Assembly (NCBI GenBank): GCA_963719505.1
Contig: CAVRCF010000001.1
Coordinates: forward strand, 672,001 to 736,000
Direction: 5' to 3'
DNA from: Halobacteriovoraceae bacterium
GTDB taxonomy: Bacteria; Bdellovibrionota; Bacteriovoracia; Bacteriovoracales; Bacteriovoracaceae
DNA: 64,000 nt
The position numbers were made by a program, and so were the translations under genes. Position 1 is the stretch's first letter. Each line of letters opens with the position of its first letter. Below, one piece after another: positions 10,168-19,958 of the stretch. Under the pieces are notes generated by a model. The model did no database searches, had not been told where the DNA came from, and worked only from the letters and a program-made list of their open reading frames with translations.

Positions 10168-11577
10168 ATGTTAAAAAGTAAAAAAATGATATTGATTGTG
10201 GCACTTTTTTCAATAAGTGCCTTTGCTAATTTAGATAGAGCGGGATCCGTTCTTAAAAGTAGCCGAGGTGTAAAGAGGATGGAAGAGGTTACAATAAGAC
10301 TTGTGAACTCCAATTATCACTTCACAGCGATTCCTTGGGCGAAAGACTTCTTTATTAATAATAGAGAAAGAATTAGCTCTTCAATGGAGAGGGCAATCGA
10401 TGAGTTAATTACTGTCGTTGGAACAAGACAGTTTGAGCTTATTCCTAATAGATATCTTCAGCGATCGAATTCAAATTCTGTTCGTTATATTATTGCTAAA
10501 AAGCTCTTGAGAAAAAATAAAGCTTCTGAGGCTTTAAGTTATGTTTCAAAAATTAATCCCAATCATCCGGTGTATCCATTCTCTTTAAACCTAAAAGCTG
10601 TAGCATACAGCCTTCAAGGTAAAACAAAAGAAGCAAACAATGTGTTTAAAGACTGTGAGAACTTCAGCACAAGTAAGATTTCAAGTGCTAGAAATGCTAT
10701 GGAGAAAAGACAGCTCGAGATGAACCGCGACTATTGTATAATGGGTAATGCCAGAGCACTTTTTCAAGGTCGAAAGTATGATGAAGCAAATCTTAGATAC
10801 CTAGACATACCAAAGTCATCATTTGTTTGGCCTGAAGTTCTCTTCGAAGAGGCTTGGAACTCTTACTATCTACAAAACTACAATCGAACCTTAGGAAAGC
10901 TGGTTACCTATAAGGCTCCAATCTTTGACTATATTTTTAATCCTGAAATAGAAGTCCTTAATGCACTAACCTTTATGAAAATGTGCCTGTATGAGGACGC
11001 CAAAAGAACAAGTGATAACTTTTATACAAAATATATGAAAGACACACGTAACCTCCGTCTTTATCTTATAAAGAGGAAAAAGCAGTATAAGTACTTTTAT
11101 CGCTTAATGCTGAGCTTTGAAAAAACAAACCGTGCAACGAATGATCTCCTTGAGACCTTACTTCGAAGTATCTCTAGGGAGCCAAGCTATATGGATACAA
11201 GAGATTCTCTAACAAATGCAGTTAAGGAGTTAGGACGAATAAATGGTCAAAGAAACTCTTTAATGAAAAGAATAGCAAAGAAAAATATAAGTGATGTTAT
11301 AAGAACTCAAAGAAATCTTGTTGGAAGTTATGTAAGAGAGCGTCTTGTTGAAAAATATGCGGAACTCTATAAAGCATTCCAAGGAATGAGTTATATTAAA
11401 CTAGAAACTTTGGCCCAGAGAAAAGCTAAGCTTTATAATTTTAATGATAAAGAATCTAAAAGAGGGGATATAAAGTATATCCAAAGAAATGATAAACAAT
11501 ACTTTTGGAACTTCAATGGGGAGTTTTGGGCTGATGAACTAGGAGACTATGTCTTTGCCTTAGGCTCGGAGTGTTAG
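10168..11577 (+). CDS. TPR protein, GltC-like gliding component
   Basis: Signal peptide; WPEVLFEEAW and terminal WNFNGEFWADELGDY...C motifs. Confidence 0.7.
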   Translation: MLKSKKMILIVALFSISAFANLDRAGSVLKSSRGVKRMEEVTIRLVNSNYHFTAIPWAKDFFINNRERISSSMERAIDELITVVGTRQFELIPNRYLQRSNSNSVRYIIAKKLLRKNKASEALSYVSKINPNHPVYPFSLNLKAVAYSLQGKTKEANNVFKDCENFSTSKISSARNAMEKRQLEMNRDYCIMGNARALFQGRKYDEANLRYLDIPKSSFVWPEVLFEEAWNSYYLQNYNRTLGKLVTYKAPIFDYIFNPEIEVLNALTFMKMCLYEDAKRTSDNFYTKYMKDTRNLRLYLIKRKKQYKYFYRLMLSFEKTNRATNDLLETLLRSISREPSYMDTRDSLTNAVKELGRINGQRNSLMKRIAKKNISDVIRTQRNLVGSYVRERLVEKYAELYKAFQGMSYIKLETLAQRKAKLYNFNDKESKRGDIKYIQRNDKQYFWNFNGEFWADELGDYVFALGSEC

Positions 11578-11578
11578 A

Positions 11579-14449
11579 ATGAAGGTATTACTTTTTATAA
11601 TATTAGTCACCCTTTCAATAAGTTCATTTGGTCTGACTTTGGACAAAAGAAGAGCACAGATCATCTCAATAATTGATGAAGAGTTAGATGAGGTAAGAAG
11701 GCTTGCCCAGCAAACTGGGAATCGAAATCCTGACCACCTCCTTAGAATGGCTGAACTCAATCTAGAAAAAGCGAGACTTTGGAGAGAGAAGGAAAATCAG
11801 GACTATATAGCTCTACCGGATGATGTTCGTCGAAAAACGAATAAAAGAAAATACTTTCAAAAATCAGCAGCCTATTTTCAAAGGGCAAATGAATTATGTC
11901 TTAAGATTGCTAGATCTTTCAAAAGATATAAGTCTATTGGCGATGTTTATTACATTCTTGGTTATAATGCAAAAGAGGCGGGACAAGACAAAACCGCTCT
12001 TAAATACTTTTCAAGAGCTCAAAGCAAGACTTCAAGAAATTCTTTAACTAGAGTGAAGTCACAAATTGCTTTAGCGGAGCTGTACTATAATCAAAAAAGT
12101 TATAGGAAAGCAATTCCTCTCTATGAAAAGTCTCTTTCTAGTTATCAAGATAAATGGTGGACAAAAGATTCATTTAACCTCGCTTGGTGTTATTTTAGAA
12201 CTAATAATTACAATGCCGCTATTGATAAAATGAAAGATATCTTTGAGAAGAGCTCCAGTTCAAAGTTTGTTGATATGAGAACATCTGTTGAAAGAGATAT
12301 TGGACTATTTTTTGCTACCGCAGGAAAGATAGAGCAGGGAATCGACTTTTATAAAAAAATTGGAATCAATTTTACTGACCAACTTTTAAGAATCGCTGTG
12401 ACGATGAAAGCAAAAGGTCAATATGACTTGGCCAATAGAACTCTCAAATATGCGTTACAATACGAAAAAGACGACAAGAGAAAACAAGAGATCTACATCG
12501 AACAATTAGACCTCTATAGTAGCTTTAGTAAAAGAGAGCTCCACTTAATGGTCTCTAAGAAACTATTTGCTGACTTCAAAAAAAATCAATTATCAGAAAA
12601 CAAGATAAAAACTTTAAGTTTTCACGTTGGAAAACAAGGTGCAATTTTGCAAAAACAGGTCATTGGTAAAACCTATAGAAGGCTTTATAAGCAAAGAGTT
12701 GCAAAAGCTAATATGGCCGTCGACTATTTTGGAATGTTGGCTGAGTTAAACCCTGAAAAAGGTCCAGAGAATATCTTTCTACAAGCCGAGACCGCGTTTG
12801 CAATGCGGGCTTATCAAAAGGCTCTTATTTATTATGATCGAGCATTCGATCTTGCTGTAAAACAAAATGATAACACCTTTAAGCAAAGAGCAATGGAGGG
12901 GATTCTCTCATCTCTAGGAAAAAAGAGATTATCTCAAAAAGTTAAAGATACTTATTATATCCCTGTATATAACAAGTATCTTGATAATTATCCAAAGGGA
13001 AAAAGGTCTAAGAGTATCTACCAAAAGCTCTTTAAGGTCTACTTAGATAAAGGCGATTACAATAACGCCAAGGCTACACTGGATCGTTTTAAAAACGTTT
13101 ATAAAAGTGATTGGAAGATTCAGGAAGCTATGATTGCTGAACTGATGGAAATTAATAGAAAGAAAAGAGAAAATGATAAAATTCGCCTCTGGATTGCGGA
13201 TATTGACGCAAAAAAATACTTTGTCTCAAAAAAATACGCTAACAAGTTGAGAGAACTTCTCACGAGTATTCAGATCGACGATGTTCAAATGGATCTTAAG
13301 AAAGGGAATAAAAGTAAAGCTCTTGTTGGGTATCACAAAATCTTGAAAGACCCCAATAGTACACCGCGCTCGAAGATAAATGCTAAATACAACTTGGCGG
13401 CTCTCTATTATGAGATGGGGTCAATAAATAATTCATATAAATGGAGTAATGAATCTTTAAGTGAGATGGATGAAAAAGAGGCGATAAAGTTTTCAGACTC
13501 TTTTTTAACAATATCAACTTTTCTTTTCACTCAACTTGAATTCGAAAAATCAGCAGAACTTGCTCAAAAAGTAGCGGTGAAGCTTTGCAAAGAGAGAACA
13601 AGAAAAAAATATGTAGCTTTTAAAAATGCTGCCTTTATGTACCTGGCCGAAGGGCAAACAAATAGAGTAGAGAACCTCCTTAATGCAACGGCCAGCTGTA
13701 AGATTCGTTCAGCAATTATCTCCAGTGTAAGATTTGAACTTTTAAAAGACTATGAGAAAGCGAAAAACTGGAGACAGTATGAATATCATTACGGAAGGCT
13801 CGCTCGCTATAGGTCGAATTGGCCATCTTTAATCATTCCTTCATCTAAACTTGCTTCCATGCATGCAAACCTTGGTAATCAAAACTCAGCAAGAAAATAT
13901 GAACGAAATAAAGATCGTTTTTATGCTGACTCTATTAAAAATAAAAAAGAAATTCCAGTAAAAGCTCTGGACGAGATTGCAGGGGAAAAGATAAAACTCT
14001 TAGAGGACATTAAAACTCAGCTTTTGGCCGTGCCTTTAAGTTTTCCAGCTCCAACTTTCCAAAATGGGGTAAAACAAAAGTTTGCAATACTCGATAAACT
14101 TGTTGCCCAATCGGCAAAGGTTCAAGATATTGGTTCTGGAAATGGAATTGTCAAAGCTTATAAAGTTTTAATAGAGAGTCATTATGCTTTTGCAAAACAA
14201 GTTCAGGAGTTTGAACCAACGGGGATGAAGCCAGATTTCGTCCCTCTATTTAAAAAAGATATGAACGCCCAGATTGTAGGCCCTTTACTCACACAAGCAA
14301 AAAACTATGAGAAAGATGCTAAAAAAACTATCTCTCAAAATGAAATTCTTAGTGTGCATAATTCGGCTATCGAGGCTCAAGGTGAAGAACTTCCCGTAAG
14401 GTTTTGGTACTCACCACAAGCCGTCCTAATGGATAGGGGGGGAAGATAA
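11579..14449 (+). CDS. Large periplasmic TPR protein, GltD/AgmU-like
   Basis: Signal peptide; LLRMAEL, YYILGY and FNLAWCY TPR helices; operon position. Confidence 0.7.
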   Translation: MKVLLFIILVTLSISSFGLTLDKRRAQIISIIDEELDEVRRLAQQTGNRNPDHLLRMAELNLEKARLWREKENQDYIALPDDVRRKTNKRKYFQKSAAYFQRANELCLKIARSFKRYKSIGDVYYILGYNAKEAGQDKTALKYFSRAQSKTSRNSLTRVKSQIALAELYYNQKSYRKAIPLYEKSLSSYQDKWWTKDSFNLAWCYFRTNNYNAAIDKMKDIFEKSSSSKFVDMRTSVERDIGLFFATAGKIEQGIDFYKKIGINFTDQLLRIAVTMKAKGQYDLANRTLKYALQYEKDDKRKQEIYIEQLDLYSSFSKRELHLMVSKKLFADFKKNQLSENKIKTLSFHVGKQGAILQKQVIGKTYRRLYKQRVAKANMAVDYFGMLAELNPEKGPENIFLQAETAFAMRAYQKALIYYDRAFDLAVKQNDNTFKQRAMEGILSSLGKKRLSQKVKDTYYIPVYNKYLDNYPKGKRSKSIYQKLFKVYLDKGDYNNAKATLDRFKNVYKSDWKIQEAMIAELMEINRKKRENDKIRLWIADIDAKKYFVSKKYANKLRELLTSIQIDDVQMDLKKGNKSKALVGYHKILKDPNSTPRSKINAKYNLAALYYEMGSINNSYKWSNESLSEMDEKEAIKFSDSFLTISTFLFTQLEFEKSAELAQKVAVKLCKERTRKKYVAFKNAAFMYLAEGQTNRVENLLNATASCKIRSAIISSVRFELLKDYEKAKNWRQYEYHYGRLARYRSNWPSLIIPSSKLASMHANLGNQNSARKYERNKDRFYADSIKNKKEIPVKALDEIAGEKIKLLEDIKTQLLAVPLSFPAPTFQNGVKQKFAILDKLVAQSAKVQDIGSGNGIVKAYKVLIESHYAFAKQVQEFEPTGMKPDFVPLFKKDMNAQIVGPLLTQAKNYEKDAKKTISQNEILSVHNSAIEAQGEELPVRFWYSPQAVLMDRGGR

Positions 14450-15333
14450 TGAGAAAGATACTATCAAGCTTTGTTTTACTCTTTTTTGTTGCTAGTTGCG
14501 CTACGACATCTGGAGATAAGGACTACTCCGATATTACAAAAGACGATTTTAAGACGAAACGACAGGTTCCCTATGATCAAGGTGCTGACCGTTTTAAAGG
14601 TATAAAAGATGATAACTATAAAGTTCTAGGAGAGGAGTCTCTTTCAAGATTCTCAGATCCTGGTGACCTTGAAGAGCGAGGAGTTCTTGATCAGATTACT
14701 GTTGCCTGCTATGAAAAAGACTTTGAAAAAGCATTTTCAATCATAAAAGAAAAATCAGCTGTCTATAAAACCAATCCCATATTTTGGAACCAGGTTGGAA
14801 CTTGTTTTATGCTTAAAGGCGAAAGAAGAAAAGCTCTTCTCTTTTACAACAAAGCTTTAGAATTCAAGGCCAGCTATTCTCCTGCATTTAATAATTTAGG
14901 TTATATGTATAAGTTAGAAAATGAAGATCAAAAGGCACTTGTTGCTTTTACGAGAGCGAAAAAAGCTAATCAATACGCTAAAACGCCACTTTTTAACCTT
15001 GGAAATCTTTATTTAGAATACGGTCTGTTTAGCCAGGCCATTGCTACCTTTACAGGTCTTTATAATATCGAAAAGAAAGATGTCGATGTACTCAATGGGC
15101 TGGCGGTAGCCTATTTAATGCAAGGAAATACGGACCGGGCTTTAGAGTTTTATAAGAGAATAGATTCTGACTTTTTAGAAAAGCCTGAATTTGGAATTAA
15201 TTATTCTCTTGCTCTCTTTCGATCAAATAAAAAATCAGTTGCAAAGGATAAACTCTCAGATATTGATAAGGAAAAATTAGGTCCTTGGAAAGAGTATTAT
15301 CGAAGTGTTGCAAGTATTTTAGGAGTTAGGTAA
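14449..15333 (+). CDS. TPR lipoprotein, GltE/AglT-like
   Basis: Lipobox VASC; TPR repeats (FNNLG, LFNLG, LNGLA); TAATG coupling. Confidence 0.72.
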   Translation: MRKILSSFVLLFFVASCATTSGDKDYSDITKDDFKTKRQVPYDQGADRFKGIKDDNYKVLGEESLSRFSDPGDLEERGVLDQITVACYEKDFEKAFSIIKEKSAVYKTNPIFWNQVGTCFMLKGERRKALLFYNKALEFKASYSPAFNNLGYMYKLENEDQKALVAFTRAKKANQYAKTPLFNLGNLYLEYGLFSQAIATFTGLYNIEKKDVDVLNGLAVAYLMQGNTDRALEFYKRIDSDFLEKPEFGINYSLALFRSNKKSVAKDKLSDIDKEKLGPWKEYYRSVASILGVR

Positions 15334-15590
15334 TGAAGTGGATTTATGTCATTCTGTGTTTATGCTTTGTAAGTCTGTCTTTTGCTCAGAGCAACCAAAA
15401 AAAGAAAGTTTATTATGAGTATAAGAAATATGAAAAATTTGACTTTGGTGTTATCGATGTTGAAGGTGGAGAGAATTCTCCCGGTGACTTATCGATCTCT
15501 CCACGCTTTAGAAAAAAATTTCGTAATAAAATTCCAGAGAGAAAGCAGTTTAATAATGAAATGAAAAGGGCCTTAGATACAGTAAGGTAA
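15333..15590 (+). CDS. Small secreted protein, GltF/CglF-like
   Basis: Signal peptide; KFDFGVIDVEG...PG and ERKQF motifs; lies between the gltE- and gltG-like genes. Confidence 0.65.
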   Translation: MKWIYVILCLCFVSLSFAQSNQKKKVYYEYKKYEKFDFGVIDVEGGENSPGDLSISPRFRKKFRNKIPERKQFNNEMKRALDTVR

Positions 15591-15601
15591 CAGGATATAT
15601 T

Positions 15602-17545
15602 GTGAATATAGAAAAAAGCAAAAAAGAACAACTTTTTCAAATTACTCTAGACGATGCCAATCTCAATATCGAAGGCAGTGTTATTCCTTATGGAAGAAAG
15701 CTGATCGGTCGAAGTGAAAGTTGTGATATTGTTATTGGCCATCCTAGTGTTTCAGCTGTTCATGCTGTTCTAGAGATAAGTCCACGCGGAATTAAGATTT
15801 TTGACATGAATTCCAAAAATGGATCTTTTGTCAGCGATAAAAAAGTCGTCACAGCTGATGTTTCATTTGGTGACAAAATTAGATTGGGATCTGCCTCCCT
15901 TACGGTGACGAAATATTCACCAACTCCCGAGTTGCCTCCAGTTCTTGATACCCTCGAGCCTGAGAAGGGAAAGGCTTCTATTCTTCCACCCGTTGCACCT
16001 AAAATTACAGAAACAGAGGATGGCCCCTATATTGTCTATCCTCTTGGTGCAGATCCAAAAGCTGATTATTCAGAATATATATTTGAAGATGTTGAGGAGT
16101 TGTATCCTATCTTTAAATACGAGCACGGAAAGCAAGCCGTAGAAGTTATTATTCTTTTTAATGATAAAGTTTACTCCGTTGATTATCTTCCTGAGGAAAA
16201 TGGGGTCTACTCTATTGTGGGGGCAAATCCTAAAAAGAAAGAAATGGAATTTGCCTACTTAGGCAAAGATGAGAAGATTGCCTTTATCGAAATTAATAGC
16301 GGAAACTGTGTTGTTAATAAGCTCCATAATTATAATACGCAACATCTTGCGAATGATAAAATTGTCGCTATCACTGAAGGACGAGTCAATATTCAAGAAA
16401 ATGATATTGTGAGACTTGAGAATGGGCACTTAGAAATTTATATTAGACGTGTCTTTAGTCCACCAAAAGTAAAGCCAGCACCTTTTTTCAGAAGAGATCC
16501 AGCGTTAAAGAGATATGTTGCTCTTATTTTATTTTTTCTTTTGGTTCCACTTGGTGCTTCGATGTTTTTAGATATCGAAAAGAAAGAAGATGAAAAAGAT
16601 CCAGAAAGAATCGCAAGGATTCTCTATAAAAAAGAAGTTAAAAAACTTCCATCGATCAAGAAAAAAGAAGTAAAAGATCCTCCTAAGCCAAAGGTTGCTG
16701 CGGTCAAAGAAGTCAAAACAACTCCGACTCCAAAGCCAGCACCCGAAAAGCCAAAGGTAAAACCAAAAAGAGTAACGAAAGCTCCGGGAACAAAAACGGC
16801 AAAGAAGGTCGTGACTCAAAAAAGAGTTAAAAAACCAGCTCCAAAAACGAACGCAAGAGCAGCTAAAAAAGCTGGTGCTTCAAGAGCAAAATCAAGGTCC
16901 GCAAGCCGATCAAGGCGATCAAACACACCTTCTGCTAATACGGGGGCTGTAGATACTTATAAGTCATTTGATTTTAAATCAACTATTTCATCATCAATGG
17001 CAAAGGGTGGAACTTTGACTGGGGCAAAAGTCGCTAAGTCGAGCTCTAGTGCAGACTTTGGATCCGCTAATATTGGCGGAGGAGTTGCTAGTAATCTTCA
17101 AAAGGCTGATGTTGGAACAGAGGTAGGAAACTTAACCGGCTCAACAATCGGTAAGCTTTCTCAGTCAAAGGGAGCTGAAGGTCTTTCGGCCAAGTCAGGA
17201 GTCTACGCAGCTGGTATACCTTCAGAGACAGTCGTCTTAGGGTCAATGGATCCAGATGTAATTAGAAGAATACTGAGAGAAAATATTCCACAGTTTAGAT
17301 ACTGTTATCAAAAAGAATTAGATAGAAATGCAAATAAAGATCTGTCGGGAACAGTGAAGCTAATCTTCACCATCGGTGCCTCTGGTGCCGTATCAAAAGC
17401 CGGGGTAGGAAGCTCATCATCTCTTCCTGGTCAAGTTAAAGGCTGTGTTGTTAGAGTTCTTCGAGGTATTAGGTTTCCAAGACCAAGAGGTGGAGGAACT
17501 GTTGATGTTAATCAACCGTTTAACTTTATGCCACAACGAATCTAG
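15602..17545 (+). CDS. GltG/PglI-like protein: FHA domain, TM, K/P-rich linker, AgmX/PglI (TonB_C-like) C-terminal domain
   Basis: FHA motifs IGRS...VSAVHA...DMNSKNG; single TM; C-terminal FRYCYQKEL...GCV...FPRPRGGGTVDVNQPF. Confidence 0.85.
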   Translation: MNIEKSKKEQLFQITLDDANLNIEGSVIPYGRKLIGRSESCDIVIGHPSVSAVHAVLEISPRGIKIFDMNSKNGSFVSDKKVVTADVSFGDKIRLGSASLTVTKYSPTPELPPVLDTLEPEKGKASILPPVAPKITETEDGPYIVYPLGADPKADYSEYIFEDVEELYPIFKYEHGKQAVEVIILFNDKVYSVDYLPEENGVYSIVGANPKKKEMEFAYLGKDEKIAFIEINSGNCVVNKLHNYNTQHLANDKIVAITEGRVNIQENDIVRLENGHLEIYIRRVFSPPKVKPAPFFRRDPALKRYVALILFFLLVPLGASMFLDIEKKEDEKDPERIARILYKKEVKKLPSIKKKEVKDPPKPKVAAVKEVKTTPTPKPAPEKPKVKPKRVTKAPGTKTAKKVVTQKRVKKPAPKTNARAAKKAGASRAKSRSASRSRRSNTPSANTGAVDTYKSFDFKSTISSSMAKGGTLTGAKVAKSSSSADFGSANIGGGVASNLQKADVGTEVGNLTGSTIGKLSQSKGAEGLSAKSGVYAAGIPSETVVLGSMDPDVIRRILRENIPQFRYCYQKELDRNANKDLSGTVKLIFTIGASGAVSKAGVGSSSSLPGQVKGCVVRVLRGIRFPRPRGGGTVDVNQPFNFMPQRI

Positions 17546-17934
17546 TGAAAAAACTCATTTTCTTAATCATTCTTTCTGGGTGTAGCTCAAAACCAGCTAC
17601 ACTTTTAGAGAATCATTCTTGTAAGGATAGCGATTCTCTTCAGACTTCCCACGCAAAGATGGCCATTAAAAGTCAGATCTCAAAGATGCAAGCATGTTTT
17701 CAAAACTATATTAAGTTCCAGCAAGAGAGCAATCAAACTGTTAAAGTTTGCCATACCGTTAATATCTCCAGAGACGGTAAAGTGACATACTCCCAGGTAA
17801 CTCCCATCGAGGGGAGAATCGCTAAAGACTTTAAAATGTGTTTAGAACAAAGTTTTTGGGTGATGAACTTTAGCAAACTTCAACTAGAAGAAGATCTATT
17901 CGTTAAATTTCCCCTGATTTACCAATCAAAGTAG
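17545..17934 (+). CDS. Lipoprotein consisting of a stand-alone AgmX/PglI (TonB_C-like) domain
   Basis: Lipobox LSGC; MQACFQ...ISRDGKV...MCL...VKFPL parallels the C-terminus of the upstream gene; TAGTG overlap. Confidence 0.6.
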   Translation: MKKLIFLIILSGCSSKPATLLENHSCKDSDSLQTSHAKMAIKSQISKMQACFQNYIKFQQESNQTVKVCHTVNISRDGKVTYSQVTPIEGRIAKDFKMCLEQSFWVMNFSKLQLEEDLFVKFPLIYQSK

Positions 17935-18045
17935 CAAAAAATCTTACTTTGATTATCTGAATTCAACAGGTGCATAATGCACCCTTTGACACACTTGCTT
18001 AGACTAAGTCATCATTGTTATAGAGTAATGTTTTATGAGGTATAA

Positions 18046-18135
18046 ATGCAGAAGTTAATTGTCTTCTATACATTCATGATTGGAGCACTGATGTGCTCAA
18101 AAGTGGCTTTTTGGTACTTCAACTGGCAGTGGTAG
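18046..18135 (+). CDS. Putative 29-aa small membrane protein (MQKLIVFYTFMIGALMCSKVAFWYFNWQW)
   Basis: Below the ORF-track cutoff; SD GAGGT just upstream of the ATG; hydrophobic helix with Trp-rich end; stops 6 nt before the aglS-like stop. Confidence 0.5.
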   Translation: MQKLIVFYTFMIGALMCSKVAFWYFNWQW

Positions 18136-18141
18136 ACTCGT

Positions 18142-18657
18142 TTATTGTTCTTCGCCCATAACCACAAATTTATACTCTTTAAAGCCAGCTGATGCACAAG
18201 TGTACATTATTTTTTTCACATAAGAGTACTTCAAGGACTTATCAACGATAAGGTTTACAATACCACTAAATTTTTGAGCTTTACCACCGGTTTGGATGTT
18301 CATGTTTTTGATTTCGTCTTTCTTTTTTGAAAGCTCATCAAAAAGAGGAATCACTCTTCTACCACCATCATCATAGAGATTTTGAGGCAGATCAGAAGTA
18401 TCTAAAACGGTCTTACTATCGACCCAAATTTTGTCTTTTGAAACCTGGATGATGACACCAGCGGTATTAATATTAGATGAAGCTGAGTTCGGTAGCTCAA
18501 TGCCCTCTGGGATATTTAATGTAACGCCAGAGGAGTTATAGCTCTTGATAAGAAAGATAAGGAGAATAACGAGAATATCGAGCAGAGAAGTGATATCGAG
18601 ATCAAAATTCTTTCTTCTTACTCTTTTCTTGTTTCTTATGGATCTATTTCTACTCAT
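18142..18657 (-). CDS. ExbD/TolR family protein, AglS-like
   Basis: LDITSLLDILVILLIFLIKS TM with conserved Asp. Confidence 0.85.
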   Translation of the reverse strand: MSRNRSIRNKKRVRRKNFDLDITSLLDILVILLIFLIKSYNSSGVTLNIPEGIELPNSASSNINTAGVIIQVSKDKIWVDSKTVLDTSDLPQNLYDDGGRRVIPLFDELSKKKDEIKNMNIQTGGKAQKFSGIVNLIVDKSLKYSYVKKIMYTCASAGFKEYKFVVMGEEQ

Positions 18658-18659
18658 AG

Positions 18660-19193
18660 TTAGCTCATTAGGTTTCCAAACATTATCTTACTAAATAATG
18701 TTTTCAGTTGAACATCAAGACCGTCTTTATCTTTTTTAAAGAGGACGTCGTCTGTTTTTTTCAGCACCCTTACTTCATCCATGATCTTTACGATCTCTTC
18801 GTAAGTGAGGTCAACAATAGGTTCTAGAACAATCGTTTCTTCTGAGATATTGGTCTTTTTCAGGTCTACTAAAAAATCATGAAGAGTGACCAGATCGTAA
18901 TCTCCACTTTGATTCTTACTAATCTTTTTAACTGTTTTAGCGGGTACTCCAGTGGAGATATTAAAACCACTTTTTGTGATCTCAACTGTTAGGGCCAAAG
19001 GTTTTTTCTTATCCTTTGGAGGCTCAGAGTTGGAAATTATAGGAACATCACTTCCTATCTCGTATATCTTCACAAATTGCGCTGACATAAGAAGAAAAAA
19101 GATAAGGATGAATACAGCATCAAGAATAGGTACAAGATTAAGACCCTGATCCTCTTTATTCTTCTTTCGTCTTGTCGGTTTTTTATAGCTCAT
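18660..19193 (-). CDS. ExbD/TolR family protein, AglQ-like
   Basis: LNLVPILDAVFILIFFLL TM with conserved Asp. Confidence 0.85.
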   Translation of the reverse strand: MSYKKPTRRKKNKEDQGLNLVPILDAVFILIFFLLMSAQFVKIYEIGSDVPIISNSEPPKDKKKPLALTVEITKSGFNISTGVPAKTVKKISKNQSGDYDLVTLHDFLVDLKKTNISEETIVLEPIVDLTYEEIVKIMDEVRVLKKTDDVLFKKDKDGLDVQLKTLFSKIMFGNLMS

Positions 19194-19202
19194 TGTTTTG
19201 CC

Positions 19203-19853
19203 TTATAACTCAGCTTTGTCTTTAGTTCCAAGGAGGTCGAGAAGCTTTACACTAAATTCATCGATCTCATTGATGATCTTATCTGCCTTGTTAGAAAGGA
19301 AAGCATGCATGATCATAATTGTAATAGCAGAGAAAAGCCCTAGTGCAGTTGTGTTCATGGCTTGTGAAATACCTGCTGCAAGTAGTTCTGCTTTTTGAGC
19401 GGGGTCAACATCGGCAACTGCAGCAAATGTTGATATCAGACCTTGGATGGTTCCAAGAAGTCCAAAAAGTGTTGAGATATTTGCAATAAGTTGAAGGTAG
19501 TTTAATCGAAGTTCTACTTTTGGAACAACTTCTAATGCTGTGGCGTCGAGTGCATTTTGGATTTGATCTGTTCCTTGGTTCGCTCTTTTTAATCCACTCT
19601 TAAGAACCTTTGGAAGTGCAGCAATTGAACCTGAACAGACTCTGATCGCCCCTTGAATATCGTTTGATAGAACATATCGTTGAACTTCATTCATGAATGA
19701 AGGGCCATCTACATCATAATTTCTAGATAACTTTTTTAATCTCTCTAGAGCGATAGCAACACCGACTCCCCAAACGCCGAGGATGACGAACATAAAGACT
19801 CCACCGTTTTTGATGAACTCAATAGCTGTGGTTAAAATACTTGTACCTTCCAT
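19203..19853 (-). CDS. MotA/TolQ/ExbB proton-channel protein, AglR-like
   Basis: TLFGLLGTIQGLI and AAGISQAMNTTALGL; SD AGGAG. Confidence 0.9.
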   Translation of the reverse strand: MEGTSILTTAIEFIKNGGVFMFVILGVWGVGVAIALERLKKLSRNYDVDGPSFMNEVQRYVLSNDIQGAIRVCSGSIAALPKVLKSGLKRANQGTDQIQNALDATALEVVPKVELRLNYLQLIANISTLFGLLGTIQGLISTFAAVADVDPAQKAELLAAGISQAMNTTALGLFSAITIMIMHAFLSNKADKIINEIDEFSVKLLDLLGTKDKAEL

Positions 19854-19958
19854 GGTTTCTCCTAATATCTTGTAAGACCATAATTTTACTTATAATAATT
19901 ATTCTAAGCTATTATTTTTACTAAGGGGATGGCGGGTCAAAATTGCCGTCGGACCAGG

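Noticed and set aside
17966..17995. GGTGCATAATG resembling the XerC arm of a dif site
   Set aside because: No XerD arm (TTATGTTAAAT) at the required spacing.
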